The notes: generated by a model from the sequence alone, not told the origin. DNA of 64,000 nucleotides from Salinispira sp. (GCA_965226555.1 CBDDDG010000022.1:228528-292527), one strand, 5' to 3'; positions 41,125 through 52,890 are shown, counted from the stretch's first letter. A program made the numbers and translations.

Positions 41125-44100
41125 TGGCAGTGCCCCCCAAAACGTGAATTATGCCGTAGGCGACCGCATCGGCGTCAATATCTGCGCTTTCCAATGCCTT
41201 ATCTAATTTTTTGATCCGCCTTGCGTAATCCGCCTCCGCGGAGACAATTTGAGATCGGTATATTTTTTGTATTTTTTCGTGGGTTGCCTTACTGAGCTGT
41301 TCTTCGAGAAGGGCAATGCGCGCCCGGTGGCTGACGGACAGGCTTTCCCTCCGGTACTCGGCCAGTTCCAGTGTTTCCTGTCTGTGCTTGTCGGTGAACT
41401 CGTTCCACAGGCGGTAGTGCAGGGCGTCCAGAGTGTTCCGGACTGAAGCATCGGGTCCGGCAAAATCATCAGGCATTGCATCAGAATAATCTGCGGCATT
41501 TTCCAGAAGATGTTCAAGTTCTTCGGTCACCATGGCATTGGAAGCAATTGACTTCAGCAGTAAGTCCTCCCTCATACCGCGAAAACGCCACTGATAAATG
41601 GCGAATTCGTAAGACCCCGCGGGTATTTTGTCCGATATGACCGACAAATTGGCAATAACCGGTTGTTTGGTATTAAAAGACATGGCCGCCTGCCTGACCA
41701 AGGGGTGGAGGGGCATAATAAAGTCGGCTTGAGGATGCTGCATGGCGCAATGAGACTCGAAGGTAATTGTCCGATGCTGATTCCCGCCCTTGAGCCAGTT
41801 TTCCCATTCTCGGGAGATAGAAGTTTTTTGTCGGGGGAGCTGCTGAAAATCTTTGAGAAGATTGCTGCGGAATTTCCCCGATAGCCGGAGCGATTTGAGC
41901 GGATTTTTTCCCTGAATAAACTCCTGATCTTTTTCACACACACTCCGCAGGTACAGTTCCACCAGCCTTTGGATCGAAGCCGGCAACAGCCAGAAACTTG
42001 TCGCATCGGCAATTTCCCGATTCATCTGCTTCTGAGGGAGGCGAATACCGAACAATTCCGCCTGCCGTTCTTCCAGTTCTTCCTGCTCCTGAATGACTCT
42101 GATTTTATTGTCGGCAAGCTGTTGGAATTTTTTTCTGCGCTCCTCTTCGCTCAATGTGTAATTTTCTGCGATATTTCTGATGTCGCGGGTAATTTCTCCA
42201 AGTATCTCCTCACTTCCGCCGAGGGCATTATTGAAAACACCAATGCGCAGCAGGCAACGATCGTAGATATCCGCATCTACGGTTCCGGGAGTAATGAGAT
42301 TGACAATGGCAACACTTTCGCTTTTCTGTCCTTTCCTGTCGATGCGGCCGATGCGCTGTTCAACCCGCATGGGATTCCATGGGAGATCGTAGTTCACTAT
42401 ACAGTCACAGAACTGGTAATCGAGACCTTCGCAGCCAATTTCTGAAAACAGCAGCAGATCAAGGCTGTCCCTGTTTATTCTCGGTCTTTCAAAGCGCTCT
42501 CGAAGCTCCACACGTTCATCATCGGGCGTCCCCCCATGAATCAGCCCAACGCGGAACCCATCCGCGCGGAGGTGGCTGAAAAGGTATCGCAGGGTATGCC
42601 GGAAGCTGCTGAACAGCATAATCTTGTTATTTTTGAGGTTTTGCTTGTCGCGGATAATGTTCCGTAAACGTTCGAGCTTTGGGTCCTGCGAGTCATTTTT
42701 TTCCAAAGAATGAGCGCCCCTGAGAAGTTTCTTGATTTGGGACTCAATGAGGATTATGGCATTATCATCAGGGACACCAGTATTATCAGCCTCTTCCCAT
42801 TCAAGTTCATCCAGATGACGGGTGAGAATTTCCTCAAGAAAAGGCGCCAGACCAAAGATGCAGCTTGCCGCCTGTCGTCTAATGGTAGTCATCATAAAAT
42901 TTACCCTGTTTCCATCGTGAATCTGACTGAATATTTCGGACTGAATTCTCAGCAGTTCGTCATGCAGATGTTGTTGTGCCTGAGTAAAACGAACCTCGAC
43001 CGTCTCAGGTTTCCGAACTGTGAAATTTTCAATGTCGCTGCGGCGGGTTCTGTTAATGAGTCCCGCAAAGGTGTGCAGCGCTTCGGTATCGGATATTAAT
43101 TTCACACGTTCCGCGTGTGAAATTCTGCGCTCCAAAAGCTCGGAGCGTACGCGAATGAAATGCGGACTGTTTTTGAGTATGGCCTGTCCCCATGGCGTGG
43201 AAGCTGCCTCGTCAAGTGCCTTTGATGCCAGTTTTTGCCATTTTTGTTTCTGAGACCGTATTGCCGATACTGCCGTATTGATAAACGGATTCGGCTCCGC
43301 TATACGAGCGAAACTTTCCTGATCGATAATGAGGTCGGGACGGAGCGCATTCAGGAGAACGAAGAGATCGTGACTCCCGAGCTGAATTGGGGTTGCCGTC
43401 AGAAAAATGACCGCCTCGGAGTGATCGCAGAAAAATTTTACTGCCCTGTAATTGCTTGTGTCCTGATTCCGAACATGGTGGGCTTCGTCCACGATTACCA
43501 CATCGAAACGCGGCGGCGGGTCGAGATCCATCAATCCTTTTCCGCGCGTATACTTTCCCACGGAGGTGGAATCGGTGAGAAGTGATTTAGTGAGAATGGA
43601 GTATGGAAGAATGACTTTTTGATATTACTCCGGCCAAACCCCATCAATATCCATCTCGCTAATGCAATACCGCAATGCCGCGCCGTCCAAATGAGTAAAA
43701 CGCTCTTCGAAGCGCTTCATCTCCTTCTCCCATTTTTTCTCGGTAATGAGCGGTCGCGGACAAATAATGAGCACGGAGCGTATTTCACGGCGAGCCTGAA
43801 GTTCCCGCAAAATAAGCCCTGCTTCAATGGTCTTTCCAACACCAACGCCATCGGCGATAAGCAGACGCGGTCGATCAGATTTAATAAAGCGTAGTACCGG
43901 CCTGAACTGATACGGAATAAAGTCGACGCGGGCAGCGTTCAGCGAGTAGAGGGTAGATAAGTTCGGATATCGAATTTGCAATGCGGTAAGCCAAGCATGA
44001 AAGTGATCGCAGGACAGGGACTCTTCTCTTTCTTCATGCTGATTCTCAACCTGTAATTGCGATGCGTAAAACATCCGGGTCGAGCCATCCATGAAAACCC

Positions 44101-44284
44101 TGAAACGGTTCTCCGGTCTGCCGGACAGCACGCCAACCACAGCCCCTCGATCCGCTGGATTCGATTTAACAAAGACAATTTGCCCCATCGTAAATTCGTA
44201 CGTAGTATTTTCAGGTTCCACATACCGAGGAGGATTTTCGGCTACACAATCGGAATGCGTTCGTTTTCCTCTTTCATAACCCAT
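41114..44284 (-). pseudogene. SNF2/RapA-like SF2 helicase with a premature in-frame TAA at 43625-43627
   Basis: ADGVGVGKT, DEAH, TATP, EGLDYQ and WNPMRVEQRIGRIDR; both ORFs lie in the same frame. Confidence 0.88.
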
Positions 44285-44330
44285 AATATGTGTTTAGCAC
44301 AAAATAGAAATGTAATCAATTTACAAAATG

Positions 44331-44359
44331 TTGAATTCACCAAAACTTTCAGATATACT
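44331..44359 (+). promoter_or_regulatory. Putative sigma70 promoter giving a leaderless lysS mRNA
   Basis: TTGAAT-17 bp-TATACT-6 bp-ATG, with no SD. Confidence 0.55.
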
Positions 44360-44365
44360 CGCGGT

Positions 44366-46150
44366 ATGGTTGAATATCATACAGCGCTCTCGCATTGGGC
44401 GGATCAGAATGCCCAGAAGATCATTGGAACCCGCAAAAATGCTGACGGCAGCCCGCGGGGGCGCTATGTCTGCGCCTCGGGAATTACCCCCTCAGGTACG
44501 GTGCACATTGGTAATTTCCGTGAGATAATTTCGGTTGACCTTGTGCATCGCGCCCTGTTAGACCGGGGAATTGAGTCGCGGTTCATGTATAGCTGGGATG
44601 ATTACGATGCCTTCCGCAAGGTTCCTGCCAACATTCCCGATAGAGAAAAGTTTGAGCAGTATCTCCGTCAGCCGATTGTTGATATTCCCGACCCCTGGAA
44701 CAGGGAGAGCAGCTATGCGCGGGCGCAGGAGCGGGCGGTGGAGATAATTTTGCCTACTGTCGGCATTGAACCGGAGTATCTGTACCAGACCGAAAAATAC
44801 CGCGCTGGCGAATATGCTCATGGCATACGGCGGGCGCTTGAGAACCGGGAAAAAATCCGTGTCATTCTCAATGAAAAACGTACCACCCCCCTCCCCGCAG
44901 ACTGGTGGCCCCTATCAATATTCAGCGCGTTCACCGGCAGAGATACCACAACCGTGCTGTCATGGGACGGCGAATGGGCGCTGACCTACCGCTGCAGCGA
45001 AACCGAACAGGAAGAAACAATCGACTTCAGAAACATCGGGCAGCCCGCCGCCCCCCAAGCTGCCCCTCAAGCTCCCGCCGCCCGCCCATCTCCCGCAGGC
45101 GTCAAATTGTTATGGCGCGTCGACTGGCCCATGCGCTGGGCATTTGAGCAGGTCGATTTCGAGCCGGCGGGCAAGGAGCACCATTCTGCCGGCGGTTCCT
45201 TCGATACGGCAAAGATCATTGCCCGTGAAGTGTATAATTATGAGGCGCCGGTTACGTTTAAGTACGATTTCATCAGTATCAAGGGAAGGGGCGGCAAAAT
45301 TAGTTCCTCGCTCGGGAACGTCATCAGCCTTGCGGAGACCCTCGAAATATATCAGCCGGAGGTGCTGCGCTATCTCTTCGCAGGCATCCGCCCGAATGCG
45401 GAGTTTGCCATCAGCTTTGATCTGGATGTTATCAAAATTTATGAAGATTATGATCGCTGCGAGCGGATCTATTATGGTCTGGAAGATGTCAATGAAAAGC
45501 GCCTGCTCAAGGAAGGGCGGATTTATGAACTGAGTCAGGTTGACCGTCAATTCAGCCCACTCAGCAAAGAGAAGTTGCAGCAGTTTCCCTTCCGGCATCT
45601 CTGCAACCTGCTTCTCATTCATAACGGCAATGTTGATGCAGCCCTGCAGGCCTTTCCCTCCCCCCCTGACACTCCCGCCAACGATCCCGCGCGTGCCCGC
45701 GACACTCCCGCTCGTGCCCGCGGGAACGCGCTGCTCGAAGGGGCACGGCGCCGCGCCCAATGCGCATGGAACTGGCTTAAAAAATACGCGCCGGAAGATT
45801 TTCGTTTCACGATCAACGAGGTCGGTAAAGCTATTAATCTCAGCCCTGCAGAAAAGGATGCCATTTCAACGCTGCACACCGACATCGGCAATGGCGCTCT
45901 GGAATGTTCCGACAAGGAATTACAGGATCGAATCTATGATATTGCCCGGAAACATGAACTTGAGCCGAAGGATTTTTTTGCGGTAATTTATATGGTATTA
46001 ATTACGAAGAAGGCGGGACCGCGTCTGGCTTCGTTTCTTAAGATCGTTGGAAAGGAGCGCCTGCGGGAACTTCTTCAGTCCGCCATCACCCGAACCAACC
46101 CGCGCCATCACCCGAACCACCCGCAGCCAAACCCCGAAGGAGGCCGATAC
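44366..46150 (+). CDS. lysS: Class I lysyl-tRNA synthetase; no stop codon, reads in frame into rpiA
   Basis: HWAD, SGITPSGTVHIGNFRE, KLLWRVDWPMRW, FEPAGKEH, KISSS and GPRL. Confidence 0.95.
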
Positions 46151-46885
46151 ATGACGCCGAACACCAATGAACTGAAGAAACAGGCAGCGTATCGGGCTGT
46201 GGACGATATTATCCGCAGCGGCTCCAAAGTCGGACTCGGTACCGGCAGTACTGCCAGGCATGTCGTGCATCGTCTGGCAGAACATCTGAACAGCGGCAGA
46301 CTGAAATCCGTCCTCACGGTGGCCACCAGCAACAATACGCGGGAACTCTGCCGTGAACTCCACATTCCGGTATTCAGTCTGAACGACAGCCGCATAGCGG
46401 GAAGACTCGACTACGCCATAGACGGCGCCGATGAGGTGAGCCCGATGAACGATCTCATAAAGGGCGGGGGAGCAGCTCATCTCCTTGAGAAAATTGTTGC
46501 ATACAGCGCTGAACATTTCTATGTGGTTGTGGATGAGAGTAAACTTGTTACTGTTCTGAACAGAGCCTTTGCTGTTCCGCTGGAAATTATTCCTGAGGCG
46601 CAGGCGAGCCTTATCCGGGTGCTTGAAAAAGAGCACTTCAGTGTGAGGCTGCGGATGATTGGGCAGATGGACGCGGGCACCCCCGTCCTTACCGACAGCA
46701 GAAACCGTATTCTCGATCTTTTTGCGCCGGGGAAAGAAGGGATGGAAAAAGGAGGACCCTATGATCCCGCTCGGATGGAAAGCTATTTTAACAGTCTGCC
46801 GGGAATAGTTGAATCGGGTCTGTTTACCTGTCCGGTGCGGGCGGTCTACATTGGCGCAGAAAATGGGGTAGTGGTCAGAAAGTGA
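46151..46885 (+). CDS. rpiA: Ribose-5-phosphate isomerase A
   Basis: GLGTGST, DGADE, IKGGGAA and GIVESGLF; own SD gaaggagg before ATG 46151. Confidence 0.95.
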   Translation: MTPNTNELKKQAAYRAVDDIIRSGSKVGLGTGSTARHVVHRLAEHLNSGRLKSVLTVATSNNTRELCRELHIPVFSLNDSRIAGRLDYAIDGADEVSPMNDLIKGGGAAHLLEKIVAYSAEHFYVVVDESKLVTVLNRAFAVPLEIIPEAQASLIRVLEKEHFSVRLRMIGQMDAGTPVLTDSRNRILDLFAPGKEGMEKGGPYDPARMESYFNSLPGIVESGLFTCPVRAVYIGAENGVVVRK

Positions 46886-46905
46886 ACGGCGGCAGACTGC
46901 GCTGT

Positions 46906-47952
46906 TCACATACTTTCAAGAGCTTTTTCAACCATCTCCCAGTACGCATCTTTTTCTTCCGCGCTGAGAAAGGTAGCATACAAGCCGTTCTTTGCTATCT
47001 GTATCAGATCTGCCTTACTGAAATGAAGGAATTTATAGAGCTTAAAGTATTCCCTGTTAAGATTGATATCGAAGAGAAGAGGATCATCGGTATTGAGAGT
47101 AACAACAACCCCGCTATCATAAAATTGCCGAATAGGGTGATCGGTAATTGCCTGCACATATTTTTTGGTTATAATGTTACTTGTCGGGCATACTTCAAGC
47201 GGTATTTTACGTTCAGTAAGATAAGAAATGAGTTCCTCGTCATATATCGCGCTGGTGCCGTGTCCAATTCTTTCCACCTTAAGAACATGTATGGCGTCCC
47301 ATATGGACCGTGAGTTTACTTCTTCTCCCGCATGGGCAACAAGATGAAGATCATGCTTCTTTGCCCGCGCAAAAACCTGCTTGTAGTCCACGCAGGTATT
47401 ACCCTTTTCCGCCCCGCCGAGACCAATGCCGATAAAACGTTTATTTGGGGTTTTCCTGAGATATTTCAGAAGTAGATTCAGGTTGTTCATTGCGTTCTTC
47501 GCTCCGAATGAACGCGACACATCAATAATTACCCGAACATCAATGTTATATATCTCCTGCATATTATCAAATGTCTTGATAAAAAGATCCATAATTTTGA
47601 AGAAGTCGACATATCCAAGCTTAATGAGCTTTGAGGGAGAAAAGAATATCTCCATATAATAAATATTATTATTCAGGGCGTAATTCAGCAGATCATTGGT
47701 CATAAGAAGGTAGTCGTCTTCATCCCGAAAAAAGGTTTGAAGATGGAGAAAATACTGTATCATTTCAGAGAGATTGTTGAAGTTCATGCGGTTCTTGTAA
47801 TCGTCAATGGTAACAAGAGAGGGGTCGATATTATATTTCTGATTGAGCTCCATGAAGGTTTTAAACCGTACAACGGCTTCAACATGAAGGTGAATTTCAG
47901 TTTTGGGGAGATGTTTAATCCAATTGATCATGTTATCCGATTTCTGAACCAT
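46906..47952 (-). CDS. add: Adenosine/adenine deaminase
   Basis: PKTEIHLHVE, HAGE, RIGHG, EVCPTSN and NTDDP. Confidence 0.92.
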   Translation of the reverse strand: MVQKSDNMINWIKHLPKTEIHLHVEAVVRFKTFMELNQKYNIDPSLVTIDDYKNRMNFNNLSEMIQYFLHLQTFFRDEDDYLLMTNDLLNYALNNNIYYMEIFFSPSKLIKLGYVDFFKIMDLFIKTFDNMQEIYNIDVRVIIDVSRSFGAKNAMNNLNLLLKYLRKTPNKRFIGIGLGGAEKGNTCVDYKQVFARAKKHDLHLVAHAGEEVNSRSIWDAIHVLKVERIGHGTSAIYDEELISYLTERKIPLEVCPTSNIITKKYVQAITDHPIRQFYDSGVVVTLNTDDPLLFDINLNREYFKLYKFLHFSKADLIQIAKNGLYATFLSAEEKDAYWEMVEKALESM

Positions 47953-48047
47953 ACGTTCCCTTTCGTAAATACTACATACATATATCGGCAGGTATTGCCT
48001 ATAAGTTTATTTTTTTATATGCTATGCAAAAGCCTCTAATAGATATT

Positions 48048-48686
48048 ATGAAATCTGAATGTTTCCGTCGTTTCGCTTGTACATACCTTATGCTTCTTTT
48101 TCTGTTGTATTCCTGCGCGGGGACAATGAATCCCGATATGCCGGGAACAGCAGATGGCCCTGTTTTGTCATCCGATAGTTTTGATGATAATGGCCCGGAA
48201 GGGGCAGAAGAGGAAGATAAACCCGCTCCTGAAGAGGGGCAGGAAATTATTTCCCGAAATTCCTCTATTATTATTGTGTTTCTGGAAACCGATATTGTCG
48301 GTAATCCCATTGAAAGTGAACGAGTGGGGGAGACTATATCCGCGGAACTTTCTGCAGCCGGTTATACCATCATGGATAGTGATATTCGGGCTGAAGATTT
48401 TCTTCCCGGGAATGTTGGCGAATTTTATACATTTGTTCGGGAAGAATATGACGCGCAGCGTATAATTTACGGTACAGCGGGTATTGTTGAAGTTAATGAA
48501 AGCAACGGCTTTACCATTAATGTGCGCGGTTCTTTGCGGGTATACGATGTATTTCGTGACCGTATTGTTCTTGTGATCAATGAGAATGCCAATTCGCAAG
48601 CGGCCGACAGCGCCCGCGCGGTCTATTCAGCCTTCATGAATCTTGGCAGAAATCTCGCAAAAATCCTCATGGAAAATACTCTTTGA
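48048..48686 (+). CDS. Putative lipoprotein
   Basis: Lipobox-like LYSC and an acidic linker. Confidence 0.65.
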   Translation: MKSECFRRFACTYLMLLFLLYSCAGTMNPDMPGTADGPVLSSDSFDDNGPEGAEEEDKPAPEEGQEIISRNSSIIIVFLETDIVGNPIESERVGETISAELSAAGYTIMDSDIRAEDFLPGNVGEFYTFVREEYDAQRIIYGTAGIVEVNESNGFTINVRGSLRVYDVFRDRIVLVINENANSQAADSARAVYSAFMNLGRNLAKILMENTL

Positions 48687-48689
48687 ATA

Positions 48690-50081
48690 ATGGATGCTGA
48701 TGTATTTCCAAACCTTCACGATACCATTGCTTCTCTTGCTACTCCCTCAGGCAGGAGCGCCCTTGCCGTTATCCGTACGAGCGGAAAAGAGAGTATTGAG
48801 CGGATAAGCACCTGTTTCTCACATCCTGAAAAGCTTCGAACTGCGCCGGGTCATACCATGATCCATGGCTGGCTGAAAGATGGAGAGCATAAAATTGATG
48901 AGGTAACCCTCGGAATTTTTCGGTCTCCGCGAAGTTATACCGGGGAAAACAGTGTTGAGATATACTGTCACGGAAGTGTTCCCGGGGTCAGGAAGATTAT
49001 GGACATTCTTTTCCGAAGCGGATTCCGGCAGGCTGAGCCGGGCGAGTTTACCCTCCGCGCATTTATACATGGAAAAATGGATCTCACCCGAGCAGAGGCT
49101 GTGCAGGAACTGGTAAATGCCCAGACATCCCGGGCACAGAACCTTGCTCTGCACCGTCTCGCCGGCGGGGTGTATGAGGAAATCGGCCGTATAACTTCAA
49201 ATGTGGCAGATATAACGGCAGCGGTATCGGTTCAGCTCGACTATCCTGAGGATGAACTTCCGAGTGACAGTTCGGACTCACAGGAATTGGCGTTCATTCC
49301 TGTCGGAAAGCTCAATGAAACAGTCCGTTCTCTTCGGCGATTATGTAAAACGTACAAAACCGGACGTCTGTATCAGGAGGGTGTGCGGGTTGCGCTCGCG
49401 GGAAAAACGAATGCGGGAAAATCCAGCCTGTTTAATCTCCTTTTGAGAGAAGATCGGGCCATTGTTTCGGAAGTTCATGGGACGACCCGCGATTATCTGG
49501 AAGCGGCTGCGGTATTGGATGATATTCCTCTCCGACTCTACGATACTGCCGGTTTCCGGGCAGCCGATGAATTTGTTGAACAGGAAGGCATTCGCCGCAG
49601 CGCCGAAGTACTACAGAGTTCAGGTATCATTCTCTATCTTGTTGATGGGAGCAAAGACGATGAATTTGAGCATGATCAGCTTGCAGAAATACGCGCGCTC
49701 GGCATACCGCTTCTCCCGGTATGGACAAAAACCGACGTACCGCATACTCCCCCGGCGCCTGAAGGTTTTATACCGTTGTCCACGGTAAGCGCTGAGGGGC
49801 TCGGAGAGCTGCAGGCAGGCATGAAGGAACTCATTCTCGGCGATATTGAACAGGGCTCAGAGTCGGACATTCTTATTGATTCACTCCGGCAGAAACAGCT
49901 GCTGGATCGCGCTGTTGGAAGTCTGGAGCAGGCATTATCCGATATCGGAGAAGAGCGCGCGCTCGATATTATTGCCCTTGATCTTCAGGATGCCCTCGGG
50001 GCTCTCGGAGAAATTACCGGAGAGGTAAGCTCGGAGGAAATACTCGACCGCATTTTTTCAGAATTTTGTCTGGGAAAATAG
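48690..50081 (+). CDS. mnmE: tRNA modification GTPase MnmE
   Basis: SYTGE, GEFTLRAF, GKTNAGKSS, GTTRD, DTAG and terminal FCLGK. Confidence 0.97.
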   Translation: MDADVFPNLHDTIASLATPSGRSALAVIRTSGKESIERISTCFSHPEKLRTAPGHTMIHGWLKDGEHKIDEVTLGIFRSPRSYTGENSVEIYCHGSVPGVRKIMDILFRSGFRQAEPGEFTLRAFIHGKMDLTRAEAVQELVNAQTSRAQNLALHRLAGGVYEEIGRITSNVADITAAVSVQLDYPEDELPSDSSDSQELAFIPVGKLNETVRSLRRLCKTYKTGRLYQEGVRVALAGKTNAGKSSLFNLLLREDRAIVSEVHGTTRDYLEAAAVLDDIPLRLYDTAGFRAADEFVEQEGIRRSAEVLQSSGIILYLVDGSKDDEFEHDQLAEIRALGIPLLPVWTKTDVPHTPPAPEGFIPLSTVSAEGLGELQAGMKELILGDIEQGSESDILIDSLRQKQLLDRAVGSLEQALSDIGEERALDIIALDLQDALGALGEITGEVSSEEILDRIFSEFCLGK

Positions 50082-50313
50082 GCGAAGTATCTCCCAGCCA
50101 ATGCTGTCGGGATACGGCAACACCGAAAAACAGGGTCGCAGAACAAAAACCTATGCAAAAATGGCAAAATGGCAAAAGTGTTTGACATACACGTATTTTT
50201 TGGTAATACTCAGAGTACAGTGGAGCGTAAAAAAACGCTATTTCCGCTATGCAGTGTGAAATACCAGCGTTTCCAGAGCTTCCCTGTCAAACTGTTATCG
50301 TAAGGAGGTACAT

Positions 50314-52569
50314 ATGAATAGTACATTAAACAAGGGAGTGCGAATTCTCTTCTGCGCAATGTGTATTGTATTGATTTCTACATGCCCACTGCCGGAACCA
50401 ACCCCGGAACCCGAGCCGGCTGTGGAACCAACCGCGGAACTAACCGCGCCGTCTGCCATGGCAGCGCCGGAGCTTGCCGCAAGGAATAATTCGCTTGCTG
50501 TTACGTGGAGCCCGCCGACCAATAACGGCGGCAGCGCCATTACTGCCTACAACCTGCGCCACCGCGCGGAGGGAAGTCCAGCAGAAAACGCGGAAAATGC
50601 GGAGTGGACAGAGCTCAGCTACGGTATTATCGGCGCTGGCTACACCATTGGCGAACTGACAAACGGAATTGTCTACGAAGTGCAGATGCGCGCAGTCAAC
50701 GCTCAGGGGGGGGGGCCATGGTCGGAATCGGCGGCATTGGCGCCCGCGCATGTTCCCGGAGCGCCTGCCCCTCCCGCGCTTGAAGCGAACAACACAGCGC
50801 TTACTGTTACATGGAATGCCCCGCCGGACATTGGCGGCAGCGACATTACCGCCTACGACCTGCGCTACCGCGAGTCCCGCGATGCGGGCAATGCCGAATG
50901 GACGGAAATTGAATGGGCGAAAATTATCGAAGGCATTACCCCCACCCCTAGTATTACTGACACACGCTACACCATTGGCAGCGGACTGACAAACGGGCTC
51001 ATGTACGAAGTGCAGGCGCGCGCCATAAACGGTGAGGGAACTGGGCCGTGGTCGGAATCGGCAGTATTGGCGCCTGCCACTGTTCCCAGCGCGCCAGTTG
51101 TAACCCTCGAAGCGAACGATAGGGAACTTGTTGCGACATGGACGGTTACTGATGACGGCGGCAACGCCATTAGCGCCTACAACCTGCGCTATCGCGAAAC
51201 AGTTGGAGAAGGCGAAGAACCCGTGGAATGGACGGAGCTCAGCTACGGTATTATCGGCGCGCGCTACACCTTCACAGGCCTCACAAACGGCACCGAGTAC
51301 GAGGCGAGCATACAAGCCATTAACGCTCAGGGAACCGGCGGCTGGTCGGCGGCAGTAGCCGACACCCCATGGTACTTCCCCCTACAGGAAGAAATTACGG
51401 CTTCCGATGCGGCTTTGGGCGATCAATTTGGAAACAGTGTCGCTATTCATGGGAATACCGCAATTGTCGGAGCGCCGTTTGATGATACTACTGCTACTGA
51501 CGGAGATAATATCGCAGATTCCGGCAGCGCGTACATATTCACCAAGGGAAGTACTGGCAACTGGAGCCAGCAGGCGAAACTTGTCGCATATGACGCTGCG
51601 GCGGGTGCTAATTTTGGAGGCAGTGTCGCTATTTATGAGAATACGGCAATTGTCGGCGCGTATGGCTACGATCCTAATGGTCCTAATGCTGCTCTAGAAA
51701 ATTCCGGCGTCGCATACATTTTTATCCGAGACAACAATGGCAACTGGAGCCAGCAGGCGAAACTCACTGCAACTGACGCGGCGACGGGCAATAACTTTGG
51801 AAACAGTGTCGCTATTTATGAGAATACGGTAATTGTCGGTGCGTGGTATGGAGATAATGAGGGGAATACAAATTCTGGAAGCGCATACATTTTTACCCGA
51901 AACAGCACTGGCAACTGGAGCCAGACAAAAAAATTCCTTTCCACGGATGCAAATGCTAATTTTGGAACCAGTGTCGCTATTTATGGGAATACGATAATGG
52001 TTGGCATTCCTGGCGCAGGTAGTAGTAAAGGCGGTGTACAGGAATATCTCCGGGAAGGGACGACTTGGAGTGATGATATTCAAGGCAACATATCCGCAAC
52101 TGACCGGATTGAGGGTAATGAATTTGGAAGCAGTGTTGCCTTCGATGGAACAACAATAATTGTCGGAGCTGATGGAAATTTTGATAATGGACCTGCTACC
52201 GGCGCCGCGTACATTTTTACTAAGGGGGAAGTAGAATGGGACCAGCAGGCGAAACTCACTGCAACTGACGCGGCTGAGAGTGATGGCTTTGGAGCCAGTA
52301 TCGCTATTTCTGGAAATACCGCAATTGTCGGGGCATCTAGGAATGATGCTGCCGGAGTCGACTCCGGCAGCGCCTACGTTTTTACCCAAGGAAGCGATGG
52401 TGTGTGGAGACAACGCGACAAACTGCGCGCGCCCGACGCGGCTGCGGACGATAATTTTGGATACAGTGTTGCCTTCAATGGAGAGACGGCAATTGTCGGC
52501 GCGCCGTTGACTGATGATGTTGGGACCAAGTCCGGCAGCGCCTATCTGTTCTCCCAGCGCGAGCAGTAG
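50314..52569 (+). CDS. Surface (lipo)protein with three fibronectin type III domains and seven FG-GAP (integrin-like) repeats
   Basis: SD taaggagg; signal ending in C followed by PLPEPTPEPEP; FG.SVAI.GNTAIVGA x7; in-frame G10 at 50706-50715. Confidence 0.9.
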   Translation: MNSTLNKGVRILFCAMCIVLISTCPLPEPTPEPEPAVEPTAELTAPSAMAAPELAARNNSLAVTWSPPTNNGGSAITAYNLRHRAEGSPAENAENAEWTELSYGIIGAGYTIGELTNGIVYEVQMRAVNAQGGGPWSESAALAPAHVPGAPAPPALEANNTALTVTWNAPPDIGGSDITAYDLRYRESRDAGNAEWTEIEWAKIIEGITPTPSITDTRYTIGSGLTNGLMYEVQARAINGEGTGPWSESAVLAPATVPSAPVVTLEANDRELVATWTVTDDGGNAISAYNLRYRETVGEGEEPVEWTELSYGIIGARYTFTGLTNGTEYEASIQAINAQGTGGWSAAVADTPWYFPLQEEITASDAALGDQFGNSVAIHGNTAIVGAPFDDTTATDGDNIADSGSAYIFTKGSTGNWSQQAKLVAYDAAAGANFGGSVAIYENTAIVGAYGYDPNGPNAALENSGVAYIFIRDNNGNWSQQAKLTATDAATGNNFGNSVAIYENTVIVGAWYGDNEGNTNSGSAYIFTRNSTGNWSQTKKFLSTDANANFGTSVAIYGNTIMVGIPGAGSSKGGVQEYLREGTTWSDDIQGNISATDRIEGNEFGSSVAFDGTTIIVGADGNFDNGPATGAAYIFTKGEVEWDQQAKLTATDAAESDGFGASIAISGNTAIVGASRNDAAGVDSGSAYVFTQGSDGVWRQRDKLRAPDAAADDNFGYSVAFNGETAIVGAPLTDDVGTKSGSAYLFSQREQ

Positions 52570-52647
52570 GATCGATCCATCCCAGAGGCCTGTCCCGAGA
52601 AATGCCCCGAAAAAAACCAGCAAAAAATCAGGGAACACTGAGGCAGA

Positions 52648-52807
52648 ATCATCCCACAGCACAGGCCACATCCACGACATAGCCTTCAAGATCGCCTACT
52701 ACAGAACCCCCCCCGTATGATTCCCGACCTGCTGCGGCTGTTCTGTGAGGATACAACTCTTACCAAGCTGGATCTGGACAAAATCCGCATTGAAACCCCA
52801 GCTACAT
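52648..52807 (+). pseudogene. Rpn N-terminal fragment, near-copy of 24170-24329
   Basis: High DNA identity by eye (HIHDIAFKIAYYRT), with indels in C-runs. Confidence 0.85.
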
Positions 52808-52890
52808 GGACAGCGCCCGATAACGGCGGCAGCACAATTACCGGGTATGACCTGCGGTTTCGCGTAAATGATGCAGACTGGACTGAAGGT
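52803..52890 (+). pseudogene. Fibronectin type III domain fragment
   Basis: TWTAPDNGGSTITGYDLRFR, joined directly to the Rpn fragment. Confidence 0.75.

Noticed and set aside
43625..43627. In-frame stop in the helicase as recoding or an alternative genetic code
   Set aside because: TAA terminates many normal genes here and the partner gene is also broken, so a nonsense mutation is more likely.
44057..44365. Long N-terminal extensions in the ORF track (lysS; also uvrA, queG, mvaK1, apbE, tlyC)
   Set aside because: They overlap neighbouring genes or promoters; downstream starts fit the family N-termini better.
50440..52689. Long antisense ORFs (291 and 331 aa; similarly 22548-23354 and 45998-46909)
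   Set aside because: Shadows of repetitive or GC-rich sense genes, with no motifs or ribosome-binding sites.
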